In this document: positions 24,001-38,519 of the stretch, piece by piece | Position numbering within the stretch: the stretch's first letter is position 1 | Layout of the letters: each line of letters opens with the position of its first letter | NCBI RefSeq assembly: GCF_009914755.1 | Contig: NC_060942.1 | Origin: the human T2T-CHM13v2.0 reference genome, Homo sapiens | DNA: 64,000 bases | Strand: one strand, 5' to 3' | Made by a program: the position numbers and the translations under genes | The notes under the pieces: generated by a model | The model's database searches: none | What the model was told of the DNA's origin: nothing | What the model saw: the letters and a program-made list of their open reading frames with translations, nothing else

Positions 24001-24939
24001 CATACTATCAGGTGGTAACTGTTAGGAGGAAAAAAGTGGAGTGAAGGGATAAATGACAATTAGGGAAGAGGGCCCATTAGGTAGGGTGGCCACAAGAACT
24101 TCTCTGAGGAAGTGATATTTAAATCAGTGAAACTGTGGTCACTCAACATGAGTAATTTTTGGGTTAATATATACAATTAAGTTTACTCATTATGATTTTG
24201 ATATTATATAATAATATATACAGTTAAGTTTATTCTTTTTTAGGTATAGAATAATCAAATATTTTTAAAAGTGGAACATATTTTTATTTTAGATAAAATA
24301 TTTAGAACATATTTATATTTTAGAGCTCACCTCTTTATTACAAATCCTCCCATTTTATAGGTGGGAGGTAACTGAGGTCTGCTTTAGACAAAGACTGCTC
24401 AGGTCACTTAACTTTTTGTTGACTGCTCACTAGAACCTGGTTTCCCAGTCCTCAGGCCAATGCTTTCTTCACAATATCAAGCTCTTCTCTCTCAGGTTTT
24501 GTATTGGAAACCTCTAAAGATCTGCATGATTTTGGCCCAAGAGGATGTAGGGAATAGGGGAGACAAAATTTAGTTCCTTTATAGAGACAACAAGAATAAA
24601 TTATATCATGGACCAATTCTGTGTAGTTAAGCCTCAGCTGTGCTTTCTTAGCACAAATTGGTAGAGCAAGCTCTTTTTCTTACTGGATGTTTTCTTGAGC
24701 TGATGCCTAGTTACTAGTATCATGGAGCCCCTAAGTATTGAGGCCTTGAAAAATTCTCGTGATTTACTCTATTCTTACAGAATAGATGACTCTGCATCTC
24801 AGGCCATTCCTGTTTGCTTTTAGGTAACATCTGGCTGTTGATTTAAAAAAAAAAAAGGTATCATGAAACCCAGCAAGGTCAATCAGTCAACTAGAGGCTC
24901 AGCTTGTTCATATTATGTCAATTGTTTCTGCTTTAACCT

Positions 24940-25224
24940 TCAGATTTAAATGTAGTAGGACACAAGAATCTATGCTGACAGGATAAATCAGACATTTTCT
25001 TCTTCACAGTGTTACCAGTTTGCTTATATTTCTTCGAATGTCATCAATACCAACATATCATTGAAAGAAAAAAATTAATGAACTCAAATAGTTTTGGGGT
25101 CTTATTTGAAAGGTTTAAGTCAGTACTAATGGGATCTTGATGTTGTAGTTCTCGTCCACTACAGCGTCCACAAAAGCATAGTTTAACACCTTCACCTATC
25201 AGCTATTTGGTATCTGAGAACAAT
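24940..25224 (-). pseudogene. Candidate decayed exon of the relic gene
   Basis: Strong acceptor gtccttgtccttcctcctactag| at 25224; about 58 codons with one TAG in one frame; right frame and donor uncertain. Confidence 0.3.
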
Positions 25225-25719
25225 CTAGTAGGAGGAAGGACAAGGACTTGTCTTAAAGTTGTTTTTTCATCGCAAATATATTGTTTTATCTTAACCCTGT
25301 TCATTTATTTCACCTGGCTTGATGCTGTGTTTGCATAATAAGAATCCTATTTTTTTTGAAAAATGAATTGTCAGTATAGCAGAGTTGTTAACGTGGTTTC
25401 TAGTGCCACATTATGTCTGTTCAAATCCCAGTTCTATTTTATCCTAGAAGTTTGACCTTTGGCGAAATTTTTAAGTTCTCTTTGCCTCAGTTTTTTCATA
25501 ATGGAGGCAATAGTAGCATTTATTTTGTGCAAATGTTATAGAAATACAAGGAGTCACTAAGTGTGAAGCATTTAGATCAGGGCCAATAGAAATATGCCTA
25601 ATGAATATTGGAAATTTTTATTTTATCTGAGGTTGTTGATAAGCTTGTTGTGGGAGGAGAGTACTGAATGAAAGCTGCCAGTTTTAAGCTGTTTTCTCTG
25701 GCCACTGTCTGTGCAAATT

Positions 25720-25952
25720 TTTTGAAAATAAGTTTTACTTTGTATATCTAAAGCATACAACATGATGTTCTAAGATACATTACAGTAAAATGATTAGTGA
25801 AACAAATAAAGGTACCCATCATCTCACATAGTTACCCACTTTTTCCTGTCTGTGGCAAGAGCAGCTATAATCTACTCATTTAGCAAAAATCCTGAATAAG
25901 ATACACTATTCATAACTATAATCCTCACATTGTACATTAGCTCTTTTGACTT
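25720..25952 (-). mobile_element. L1MA-type 3' end fragment
   Basis: aagcatacaacatgatgtt...catcatctcacatagttacc...tactcatttagcaaaaatcctgaat. Confidence 0.75.
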
Positions 25953-26060
25953 GTTTCACCATGTTGGCCAGGCCGGTCTCGAATTCATGACCTCAAATGA
26001 TCTGCTGCCTTGGTCTCCCAAAGTACTGGGATTGCAGGTGTGAGCCACTGCACCTGGCCA
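25953..26060 (-). mobile_element. Alu left-arm fragment (right arm and tail missing)
   Basis: tttcaccatgttggccaggccggtctcg...gtgagccactgcacctggcc. Confidence 0.9.
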
Positions 26061-27039
26061 ATATCATAATATAAATTATTTATTTTTATTTTTATTTATT
26101 TATTATTTATTTCTCTTGTCTTATTGCTCTGGCTAGGACTTCCAGTACTATGTTGAATGGAAGTGGTGAGTGAGGGCATCCTTGTCTTATTCCAGTTCTC
26201 AGGGGGAATGTTTTCAACTTTTCCCCATTCAGTATAATGTTGCCTGTGGGTTTGTCATAGATGGCTTTTATTATGTTAAGGTATGTCCCTGCTATGCTGA
26301 TTTTGCTGAGGGTTTTAATCATAAAAGGATGCTGGATTTTGTCAAATGCTTTTTCTGTGTCTATTAAGGTGATAATGTGATTTTTATTTTTAATTCTATG
26401 TGGTGTATCACATTTATTAACTTGCATATGTTAAACTGTCCCTTCATCCCTGGTATGAAACCCACTTGCACATGGTGGATTACCTTTTTGATATGTTGTT
26501 GGATTTCATTGCTAGTATTTTTTTTGAGGATTTTTGCGTCTATGTTCATTAGGGATAGTGGTCTGTAGTTTTCTTTTTTTGTTGTGTCCTTTCCTGGTTT
26601 TGGTATTAGGGTGATACTTGCTTCACAGAATGATTTAGGGAATATTCCCTCTTTATCTTGTGGAATAATGTCAATAGGATTGGTACCTATTCTTCTTCGA
26701 ATGTCTGATAGAATTCAGCTGTGAATCTGTCTGGTCCTGGACTTTTTTTTTTTTGTTAATTTTTAAATTACCATTTCAATCTCACTACTTGTTATTCGTC
26801 TGTTCAGGGTATCTAATTCTTCCTGATTTAAGCTAGGAGGGTTGTGTCTTTCCAGGAACGTATCCGTCTTCTCTAGGTTTTCTAGTTTATGTGTGTAAAG
26901 GTGTTCATAGTGGCCTTGAATGATCGTTTGTATTCCTGTGGTGTCAGTTGTAATATCTCCCCTTTCATTTCTAATTAAGCTTATTTGGATCTTCTCTCTT
27001 CTTTTCTTGGTTAATCTCACTAATGGTCTGTCAATTTAT

Positions 27040-27370
27040 ATATATATATATTTATTTTATTTTATTTTATTTATTTATTTATTTTTTTGAGACAGTCTCA
27101 CTGTGTTGTCACCTAGGCTGGAGTGCGGTGGTGTGATCTGCACTCACCGTAACTTCCACTTCCCAGGTTCAAGCAATTCTCATTCCTCTGCCTCCCAAGT
27201 AGCTGGGATTACAGGTATGACCACCACACCTGGCTAATTTTTGTATTTTTAGTAGAGACGGGGTTTAGCCGTGGGTGGGAATGCTGTTCTTGAACTCCTG
27301 GCCTCAAGTGATCTACCTGCTTCAGTCTTCCAAAGTGCTGGGATTACAGGCATGGGCAACTGCTCCCGGC
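27040..27370 (-). mobile_element. Alu (AluS/J-type) nested in L1
   Basis: (TTTAT)n tail, then gagacagtctcactgtg...ctgggattacaggcatgggcaactgctcccggc. Confidence 0.95.
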
Positions 27371-30071
27371 ATTATTTATCTTTTCAAAGAACCAACTTTT
27401 TGTTTCCTTTATCTTTTGTATTTTTTTTTGTTTCCATTTCATTTAATTCTGCTCTGATCTTTTTTTATTTCTTTTTTTCTGCTGTGTTTGGGTTTGATTT
27501 TTTCTTGTTTCTCTAGTTCCTTGAGGTGTGACCTTAGATTGTCTATTTGTGGTCTTCCAGACTTTTTGATGCAGGCATTTAATGTTTTGAAGCTTCCTCT
27601 TAGCACCCCTTTTGCTGTATCCAGAGGTTTTGCTAGGTTGTGTCACTATTATCACTCAGTTCAAAGAATTTTTTAATTTCCATTTTGATTTTATTGTTGA
27701 CCCAGTGATCACTTAGGAACAGGTTACTTAATGTCTATGTATTTGCATGGTTTTGGAGGTTCCTTTTGGAGTTGATTTCCAATTTTATTCCACTGTGGTC
27801 TGAGAGAGTACTTGATATAATTTAGATCTTCTTAAATTTGTTGAGACTTGTTTTATGGCCTATCATATATGATCTATCTTGGAGAATGTTCCATGCACTG
27901 ATGAATAGAATGTATATTCTGCAGTTGTTGGGTACAGTGTTCTGTAAATATCTTACCAGTTTATTTGTTCTATAGTATAGTTTAAGTCCATTGTTTCTTT
28001 GTTGGCTTTCTGTCTTGATGACGTGTCTAGTACTGTCAGTGGACTATTGAAGTCCCCCACTATTATTTTGTTTCTGTCTATCTCATTTCTTAGATCTAAA
28101 AGTAATTGTTTTATACATTTGGGAGCTGCAGTGTTAGTTGCATGTATATTTAGGATTGTGATATTTTCCTGTTGGACAAGGCCTTTTTTCATTAAATAAT
28201 GTCCCTCTTTGTCTTTTTTTTAACTGCTATTGCTTTAAAGTTTGTTTTGTCTGATATAAGAATAGCTACTTCTGCTCACTTTTGGTGTCCATTTGCATGG
28301 AATATCTTTTTCTATCCCTTTACCTTAAGTTTGTGTGAGCCCTTATGTGTTAGGTTAGTCTCTTGAAGATAGCAGAGACTTAGTTGGTGAATTCTTATCC
28401 ATTCTGCCATTCTGTGTCTTTTTAGTGGAGCATTTCTGCCAATTTACATTCAACATTAGTATTCAGATGTCAGGAACTATTCTATTCATCATGCTATTTG
28501 TTGCCTGAATACCTTGGTTTTTATTGGGTTATTGTTTTATAGGTTCTGTGAGATTTATGCTTTAAGGAGGTTCTATTTTGGTATATATCAAGGATTTGTT
28601 TCAAGATTTAGAGCTCCTTTTAGTAGTTCTTGTAGTGCTGGCTTCGTAGTGTTGAATTCTGTCAGCATTTGTTTATCTGAAAAAGACTGTATCTTTCCTT
28701 TATTTATGAAGCTTAGTTTCACTGGATACAAAATTCTTGGTTGATAATTGTTTTTTTTAAGGAGGCTAAAGATAAGATGCCAGTCCCTTTTAGCTTGTGG
28801 GGTTCCTGCTGAGAAATCTGATGTTAATATGATAGGTTTTCTTTCATAGGTTACCTGATGCTTTTGCCTCACAGCTCTTAAGACTTTTTTCCTTCATCTT
28901 GACTTTAGATAACCTGATGACAATGTGCCTAAGCGATAATCTTTTTGCAATGAATTTCTCAGGTGTTCTTTGAGCTTCTTGTATTTGGATGTCTAGGTCT
29001 CTAGCAAGGCCAGGGAAGTTTTCCTTGATTAATCCCTCAAGTCTGTTTTCCAAACTTTTACATTACTCTTCTTCCTCAGGAACACCAATTATTCTTAGAT
29101 TTGATCATTTAACATAATCCCAAACTTCTTGGAAGCTTTGTTCATTTATTTTAATTCTTTTTTTCTTTGTCTTTGTTGGATTAGGTTAATTTGAAAGTCT
29201 TGTCTTCAAGCTCTGAAGTTCTTTCTTCTACTTGTTTGGTTCTATTGCTGAGACTCTTCAGTGTATTTTGCATTTATTTAAGTTTGTCCTTTATTTCCAG
29301 AAGTTGTGATTGTTTTTTATTTAAGCTATCTATTTCTCCAGAGATTTTTCCATTCATATCCTGTAATACTTTATTTTAGTTGGACTTCAATATTTTCTGG
29401 TGCTTCCTTGGGTAGCTTAATAGTCATCTTCTGAATTCTTTTTCTGGCAATTCAGAAATTTCTTCCTGATTTGGATCCATTGCTGATGAGCTAGTATGAT
29501 CTTTTGGGGATGTTAAAGAACCTTTTTTTGTCATATTAACAGAATTGTTTTTCTGGTTCCATCTCATTTTGTTAGAGTATGTCAGAGGGAAGATCTGGGG
29601 TTCAGGAGCTGCTGTTTAGAATCTTTTGTCCTACGAGGTGCTCCCTTGATGTGGTGCTCTCCCGTTTCCCACAGGGATGGGGCTTCCTGAGAGCTGAACT
29701 GCAGTGATTGTTATTTCTCTTCTGGATTTAGCCACCCAGTGGAGCTACTGGGTTGTGGGCTAGTACTGGGGAGTGTCTGCAAAGAGTCCTGTGATGCAAT
29801 TTGTCTTCAGATCTCTCAGCCATGGATACTAGCACCTGCTGTGGTGGAGGTAGCAGGGGAGTGAAGTGGATTCTGTGAGAGTCCTTGGCATTTTTGTTTA
29901 GTGAGCTAGTTTTGGGTTGGTTGCCCTCCAGCCAGGAGGTGATGCCTTCAAGAGAGCATCAGCTTCAGTAGTGTAGGAGGATACAAGCTTGCCCTAGGGT
30001 CTCCTGGATAAGTATTTGGGTTTCTTAGGAGGTGGGCAAGGACATAGAGCTACCAAGAGATTATGTCCTTT

Positions 30072-30655
30072 TGTGTCCGGAATTGGTTCCTTCTGGTGGG
30101 TTCTTGGTCTCTCTGACTTCAAGCATGAAGCCATGGACCCTCGCGGTGAGTGTTACAGTTCTTAAGATGCTGTGTCCAGCGTTTATTCCTTTGGATATTC
30201 AGATGTGTCCAGAGTTTCTTCCTTCCAGTGGGTTTGTGGTCTCGCTGACTTCAGGAATGAAGCCACAGACCCTCGTAGTGAGTTTTACAGCTCATAAGGG
30301 TAGTGTTGACCCAAAGAGTGAGCAGCAGCAAGATTTATTGTGAAGAGCTAAAGAACAAAGCTTCCACAGTATGGAAGGGTACCTGAGCAGGTTGCTGCTG
30401 GTGGCTCGGGTGGCCAGCTTTTATTCCCTTATTTGGCCCCACCCACATCCTGCTGATTGGTCCATTTTACAGAGCACTGATTGGTCCATTTTACAGAGTG
30501 CTGATTGGTCCGTTTTTACAGAGTGCTGATTGGTGCATTTACAAAGCTTTAGCTAGACACAGAGTGCTGATTGGTGTGTTTACAATCCTTTAGGTAGACA
30601 GAAAAGTTCTCCAAGTCCCCACCCCACCCAGAAGCCCAGCTGGCTTCACCTCTCA
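30072..30655 (-). mobile_element. LTR12 (ERV9) solo LTR, short type, inserted in the L1 5'UTR
   Basis: tgtgtccggaattgg...ctggcttcacctctca; repeated gctgattgg (CCAAT) units; TSD cttt at 30068-30071 and 30656-30659. Confidence 0.95.
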
Positions 30656-30723
30656 CTTTGTCTTCAGCTACTGGAGCAGGTAGAGACAGACCATCAGGTT
30701 TGGGGAGGGTTTGGTGTGTCTGA

Positions 30724-31380
<657 letters not shown>

Positions 31381-33555
31381 GTCCCAGAAACTTTGCGTTA
31401 GGTTGAAGTTGTTACAAAGTTCAGCTGGAAGTTTTCTTCTCCCTGTGGCCTTTTCTCAATTCTACTGGCAGCCCTCCCCAAGGATCCCTGTGAGACAAAG
31501 TCAGGAGTGGCTTCCCTGGGGACTGAGAGTGCCCACAGGGCTCTTTCTGCTACTTTTTCTGCCCCTATATTTTGCTTGGCTCTATAAATTTATCTGAGCT
31601 CCAGGTAAGGTCAAATCCTCCAGTGATCTGGACCTTCAGATTCCCCAGTGAGGATGTGTGTTCAGGGGGAGAGTATCCCCTTTCGCACTTTCACACTTTG
31701 AGTACACAGTTTTTCAGCTGTGTCTGGGAGCTTGCAACAGCAATCTGCTTCCTTCAAACGGTCTGTGCATTCTCTCAGCTCTCCTGTATGTTCCCACAGG
31801 AGTTCTTGGAGCAAAAGTTCATGATGTGAGTTTCTACACATTGCTCTGTCCATCCACGTGGGAGCTGCAAGTTAGTCCTGCTCCTATCTGCCATTTTCTC
31901 TGGTATTGTGTTAATTACTGTAAAATGTTCTAATAAGATAGAGAGATGATTTTAAATAAGTTTTACCTGAACGTGGGATACGGAAAACTTCATGGATTTT
32001 AATAGTTTTCAGAAGTGCTACAAGTTATTGGAAAAACTTGTTTGGTAAAATGTCCTTTTTTCAAAAAAAAACAAATTAATTTTTAAAATAATTTAAACTT
32101 TTATTTTAGATTCAAGGGATACACGCACAGATTTGTAACCAGAATACATTGCGTGATACTCTGGTTTGGGGTACAAATGATCTTGTCACCAGATAATGAG
32201 CATAGTGCCCAACAGTCAGTCTTTCATCCCTTACCCCACTCCATCTCTCCCTCCCCCATCTAGTAGTCCCCAGTGTCCGTTGTTGGCATCTGTATATCCA
32301 TGAGTACCCATTATTTAGTTCCCACTTATAAGTGAGAACATGCAATATTTGGTTTTCTGTTCCTGTGTTAATTTGCTTAGGATAATGACCTCCAGCTGCA
32401 TCCATGCTGCTACAAAGGACAAGATTTTGTTCTTTTTTTTTTTTTAATTGCTGGGTATTATTCCCTGGTGTATATTATATCACATTTTCTTTATCCAGGC
32501 TACCACTGATGGGCATGGGCACCTAGGTTGATTTCATTTCTTTGCTCTTATGAGTGGTGCTGCGATGAACATGCAAGTGCATGTGTGTTTATGGTAGAAC
32601 GATTTGTTTTCTTTTGGATGTATACCCAGTAATGGTATTGTTGGGTTGGATGGTAGTTCTAACTTCTTTGAGAAATCTCCAAACTGCTTTCCACAGTAGC
32701 AGAACTAATTTACATCCCCACCAAAAGTGTATAAGTGTTCTCTTTTCTCTTCAGCCTTGCCAGCACCTGCTTTTTGATTTCTTAATAATAGCCATTCTGA
32801 CTTACGTGAGATGGTATCTTATTGTGGTTTTGATTTGCATTTCTCTGATGATTAGTGATATGGAGCATTTATTCATATATTTGTTGGCAACTTGTATGTC
32901 TTTGTCCATTGATATCTTTTGCCCATTTTAAAATAGGGTTATTTGTTTTTGGCTTGTTCAATTGTTTTAGTTCTTTATAGAGTCTGGATATTAGACCTTT
33001 GCCAGATACACAGTTTGCAAATGTTTTCTCCCATTCTGTAGGTTGTCTGTTTACTCTGTTGATAGTTATTTTTGCTGTGCAGAGAAACTAAGCTCTTTAG
33101 TTTAATTAGGTACCATTTATCAACATTTGTTTTTGTTGCAGTTGCTTTTGAGGACTTATAAATTTTTTCCCAAGGTCATTGTCCACAATGGTGTTTCCCA
33201 GGTTTTCTATTAGGACCATTTTAGTTTGAGATCTTACATTTAAATATTTAATTCATCTTAAGTTAATTTTTGTATATGGTGAAAGGTAGGAATCCAGTTT
33301 CATTCTTCTGTATGTAGTGAGCTAGCTATCCAAGCACTGTTTATTGAATAGGGAGTCTTTTCCACATTGTTTGTTTTTGTTGACTTTGCCAAAGATCAGA
33401 TTGATGCAGGTGTGCTGCTTTATTTCTGGGTTCTCTAGTCTATTCCATTGATCTACGTGTCTGTTTTTGTACCAGTACCATGCTGTTTTGGTTACAGTAG
33501 CCTTATGATATAATTTGAAGTCAAGGAATGTGGTGTCTGACTTTGTTCTTTTTCC

Positions 33556-33862
33556 TTTCTTTTTTTTTTTTTTTTTTTTTGAGGCAGAGTCTTGCTATGT
33601 CACCCAGGCTGGAATGCAGTGGCACAATCTCAGCTTGCTGCAGCCTCTGCCTCCTGGGTTCCAGTGATTCTTGTGCCTGAGCCTCCCAAGGAGCTGGGAC
33701 TACAGGTGTGTGCCACCACAACTGGCTAATTTTTGTATTTTTAGTAGAGATGGGGTTTCTCCATGTTGCCCAGGCTGGTCCCGAACTCCTGGCCTCAAGT
33801 GATCCACCGACCTCAGCCTCCCAAAATGTTGGGATTACAGGTGTGAGCCACTGTGCCTGGCC
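33556..33862 (-). mobile_element. Alu (AluJ/S-type) nested in L1
   Basis: Poly-T, gaggcagagtcttgctatgtcacccaggctgg...gtgagccactgtgcctggcc; flanked by tttgttcttt. Confidence 0.95.
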
Positions 33863-34981
33863 AGGTTTTGTTCTTTCTGCTTAGGACTGTTTTGACTATT
33901 TGGGCACCTTTCTGGATCCATATGAATTTTAGAGTGTTTTTTTCTAGTTCTATGAAAAATATTGGTAGTTTGACAGGAATAGCATTGATTCTGTAGATTG
34001 CTTTGGGCAGTATGGCCATTTTTAACAATACAAATTATTCTAACCCATAAGCATGGAATGTTTTTCTTTTTTTGTGTGTGTCATCTCATTTCTTTCAGCA
34101 GTGTTTTGTAGCTCACCTTGTAGAGCTCTTTCACCTCCTTAGTTAGATATATTTGTAAATATTTTTTTTTTGTGGCTGTTACGAGACTACATTCTTTACT
34201 TGGCTCTCAGCTTCAATGTTATTGGTGTATAGAAATGCTACTGATTTTTGTACATTTATTTTGTATCTTGAAACTTTACTGAAGTTGTTTATCATTTCCA
34301 GGAGCGTTTTGGCAGAGTATTTAGGATTTTCTAGGTATAGAACCATATTGTCTGTGAAGAGAGATAGTTTTGCTTCTTTTCTTCCTATTGGGATGCCTTT
34401 TATTTATTTCTCTTGCCTGATTGATTTGGCTAGGACTTCCAGTACTATATTGAAAAGGAGTGGTGAGAGTGGGCATCCTTGTCTTGTTCTGGTTATCAAG
34501 GGGAATGCTTCCAGGTTTTGCCCATTCAGTGCGACATTGACTGTGGGTTTGTCAGAGATGGCTTTTATTATTTTGAGTTATAGTCCTTTGATGCCTACTC
34601 CTTGAGGGTTTTTATTTTGAAGAGATATTGGATTTTTTTCAAAAGCTTTTTCTGTGTCTATTGAGATAACCATATGGTTTTTGTTTTTAATTCTGTTTAT
34701 ATGTTGAATCACACTTATTAATTTGCATATGTTGAACCAACCTTGCCTCCTGGGAATGAAGTCTGCTTGATCATGGTTAATTAATTTCTTGATGTGTTGC
34801 TGAATTAGGTTTGCTAGTATTTTTTTAAAATGATTTTTGGCATCTGTGTTCATGAGGGATATTGGCCTGTAGTTTTCTTTTTTGTTGTTGAATCTTTTCC
34901 AGGTTTTGGTATCACTGTGATGCTGCCTTAGTAGAATGAGTTAGGGAAGAGTCCCTCATCCTTAATTTATTGGGACAGTGT

Positions 34982-35553
34982 TGTTACTGACAAAGCTGGT
35001 CTCCCCAAAGAGGGGATTTTTCCCTGTTTGGTGTCACAAAGCCAATACACAAAACTGAAAGTGAGTGTCAAGTAGTACAGGCATTATTTGATGGCCATGA
35101 AATTGAAAAGCAAGACTGTGGCTCACAAATTAACTTCTTGACAATGAGGGGTGAACAAGTTAACATGTAGAGTTTCTCTAATGAAAGGGTTGAACATTAA
35201 AAGCAAAAGGAAAAATATTTGTGTCTTTTATGGAATTGGGCAGTGAAGTTTCCAGAACCAGAGTGCAGCCTTCCCTTTTGTCCTTTTATGGTTTCTTCTG
35301 GTCATTGTCATGGTGATTGTCAACTGTCGTGGTGCTGGTAGGAGTGTCATTTAGCATGGGAATGAGATTATAATGAAGCCTGAAGTCTTTTTGAAGTCAT
35401 TTGGTTGGCTGTCTTGGTTCTAACCAGTCTCAGCTGATCTGGTTACAAAGGGAACTTTTTTTTAAATCACAGGTGTCCTGTTTCTTAAAGATAAGCAGAA
35501 TTAGGACAGGGAAGAAATTCAGCTATGTCATGTAGGTATTACACCAGGTAGCA
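34982..35553 (-). mobile_element. Solo LTR, probably ERV1 class (MER4-group; subfamily not assigned)
   Basis: 572-bp insert with TG...CA ends (tgttactgac...caggtagca) splitting collinear L1 sequence; imperfect 4-bp TSD gtgt/gttt. Confidence 0.75.
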
Positions 35554-37526
35554 GTTTTAGCAGAATGAGTACCAGCTCTTTTTACATTTGGTAGAATTTG
35601 GCTGTGAATCCATCTGGTCTGGTGCTATTCAGGGTTTCAATTTCTCCCTGATTCAATCTTGGGAGATTGTGTTTCTAGGAGTTTATCCAGCTCCTGTAGA
35701 TTTTCTAGTTTGTATTAATAGAAGTGTTTGTAATAGTTTCTGAGGATGTTTTGTATTTCTGTGGGATTGGTTGTAATGTCTCCTTTGTCATTTCTGATTG
35801 TGCTTATTTGGATCTTCTCTCTGTTTTTCTTTGTTAATCTAGTTAGCAGTCTATTGATCTTGTTTATCCCATCAAAGAATCAACTTTTGATGTTGTTCAT
35901 TCTTTGTATGGATTTTTTGGGTCTTAATTGCATTCAGTTCTGCTCTAATTTTAGTTATTTCTTTTTTTCTGCTAGCTTTGGGGTTAGTTTTTACTTTTTT
36001 TTTTGTTCTTCTATGTGTGATGTTAAATTGTTAATTTGAGCTCTTTCTAACTTTTTGAGGTAGGTGTTTAGCGCTATTAACTTTCCTCTTAACACTGTCT
36101 TTGTTGCATCCTGGAAATTTTGGTATGTTGTGTCTCTGTTTTCACTTATTTCAAATAACTTTTTTGATGTCTGCCTTAATTTCATTGTTTACCCAAAAGT
36201 CATTCAGAAGCAAATTGTTTAATTTCTATGTAATTTTATGGTTTTGAGAGGTTTTCCTGGTACTGATTTCTATTTTTATTGCACTGTGGTCTGAGAATAT
36301 GATTGGTGTAATTTCAATTTTTTGACTCTACTGAGACTTGCTTTATGGTTGAGCATGTGGTCAATCTTATAGTATGTTCTGTGTGCAGATCAGAAGAATG
36401 TATATTCTGTGATTTATGGGTGGAATAATCTGTAGATGTCCATTAGGTCAAATTGGTCAAGTATCAAATTTAAGTCAAGCATTTCTTCTTTTAGTTTTCT
36501 GCCTTGATGATCTAATGCTGTCAGTCGGATGTTGAAGTCCCCTGCTATTATTATGTGACTAATTCTTTTTATAGGTCTAGAAGTACTTGTTTTATGATTT
36601 TGGGTGCTCCAATATTGGGTGCTATATATTTAGGATAGTTAAGTCTTCTTGTTGAATTGAACTCCTTATCATTATGTAATACCCTTCTTTGTCCTTTTTC
36701 TACTGTTGTTGGTTTAAAGTCTGTTTGATCTGATATAAGAATAGTAACCCTTGTCTTTTTTTGTGTTCCAGTTGTGTGATAGACTTTCTCCAACCCTTTA
36801 CTTTGGGCCTATGGTTGTCATTATAAAATGTCCTTTTTATACCTTAGAAACATAATTCAGCTGAGGTTTCCTTTATCTGCTACTGATTCTCATGGCTGTT
36901 TTTAGTAAGGCAAAAAAATGTGTGTGTATTCTAAAAAAAATTATGTACCTAGCAATTTTGGTTATATATCTTCAGAAAGGTTTTTAGCATGCTATGTGGA
37001 CCAATGAATCTCAGCATTTTGTTGTTCACAATCTATTTTACTTTACCTAAATATGGCTGCATAGCATGTTATCATAATCGTTCTTGACATTTCATATTTT
37101 AAGCCTAAGCCTGTGAAATATAAATATAAACACGATATATATATTTTAAATATCCCATTTTCTGCTAATTGCACTAGTGGAATGATATGAGCTCTGCTTT
37201 CTCAATAATTATTCAGATTTGGGCATATTAAGTAAGAAGGGCACTTGCAAGGAAAGCAATGTAATTGTGAGACTAATTGCATCCCAGCCTCCACTTTCGT
37301 TGTCTATGGGATTGAGTGAACAGAGGCCAAATTAGAGAGAAATCTTATAGAGATTAAAGTTATTTACCTTAAATTTACCTCTTATTGAAGGAATCTGAAA
37401 GATCTTTTATCTGCATATGTATTAAAAACAGGCCATGTTACCCTAATGTTACCAAGGTCTTATGTCTTCAGAAACCAGACATAGTCTGTGGTGTCTTTCT
37501 CTCTCTCTCTCTTTTTTTCAACTGAA

Positions 37527-37529
<3 letters not shown>

Positions 37530-37576
<47 letters not shown>

Positions 37577-38513
37577 CTCTAACTTCTGGGATACATGTGC
37601 AGAGTATGCAGGTTTGTTACATAGGTATACACATGCCATAGTGGTTTACTGCACCCATCAACCCCTCATCTACATTAGATATTTCTCCTAATGCTATCCC
37701 TCCCCTAGCCCCCACCCCCCGACATGCCCTGGTGTGTGATGTTCCCTTCTCCTGTGTCCATGTGTTCTCATTTTTCAACTCCCACTTATGAATGAGAACC
37801 TGCAGTGTTTGGTTTTCTGTTCCTGTGTTAGTTTGCTGAGAATGATGGTTTCCAGCTTCAACCATGTCCCTGCAAAGGACATGAACTCAATTCTTTTTTA
37901 TGGCTGCCTAGTATTCCACGGTGTATATGTGCCACATTTTCTTTATCCAGTCTATCATTGGTGGGCATGTGGGTTGGTTCCAAGTCTTTGGTATTGTGAA
38001 TAGTGCTGTAATAAACTACATGTGCATGTGTCTTTATAGTAGAATGATTTATAATCCTTTGGGTATATACCCAGTAATGGTATTGCTGGGTCTAATGGTA
38101 TTTCTAATTCTAGATCCTTGAGGAATCACCACACTGTCTTCCACAATGGTTGAACTAATTTATACTCCCACCAACAGCGTAAAAGCCTTCCTATTTCTCC
38201 ACATCCTCTCCAGCATCTGTTGTTTCCTGACGTTTTAATGATCGCCATTCTAACTGTCATGAAAGACTTAAACGTAAGACCTAAAACCATAAAAACCCTG
38301 GAAGAAAACCTAGGCAATACCATTCAGGACATAGGCATGGGCAAAGACTTCATGACTAAAACACCAAAAGCAATGGCAACAAAAGCCAAAATTGACAAAT
38401 GGGATCTAATAAAACTAAAGAGCTTCTGCACAGCAAAAGAAACTATCATCAGAGTGAACAGGCAACCTACAGAATGGGAGAAAATTTTTGCAATCTATCC
38501 ATCTGACAAAGGG
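37530..38513 (-). mobile_element. L1PA7/8-like, 5'-truncated, with 5' inversion (minus 37530-38257, plus 38259-38513)
   Basis: (TTA)n tail; strand switch at ..cattctaactg|tca|tgaaagacttaaacgtaagacc; ORF 38220-38552 reads [18 protein letters not shown] on the + strand; degenerate TSD ggtgtc..tttctct. Confidence 0.92.
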
Positions 38514-38519
38514 GTGTCC

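Larger units (their letters stand above)
32090..36823 (-). mobile_element. LINE-1 (L1PB-age), 3' end to ORF2 endonuclease; hosts an Alu and an LTR
   Basis: 3' end aaacttttattttagattcaaggg; ORF2 fragments at 33813-34028, 34578-34853, 35991-36185 and 36569-36793. Confidence 0.93.

Noticed and set aside
30440-30600. Regularly spaced gctgattgg repeats (also 12960-13170) as a CRISPR-like or novel array
   Set aside because: These are the normal CCAAT tandem units of LTR12; no unique spacers, and the context is eukaryotic.
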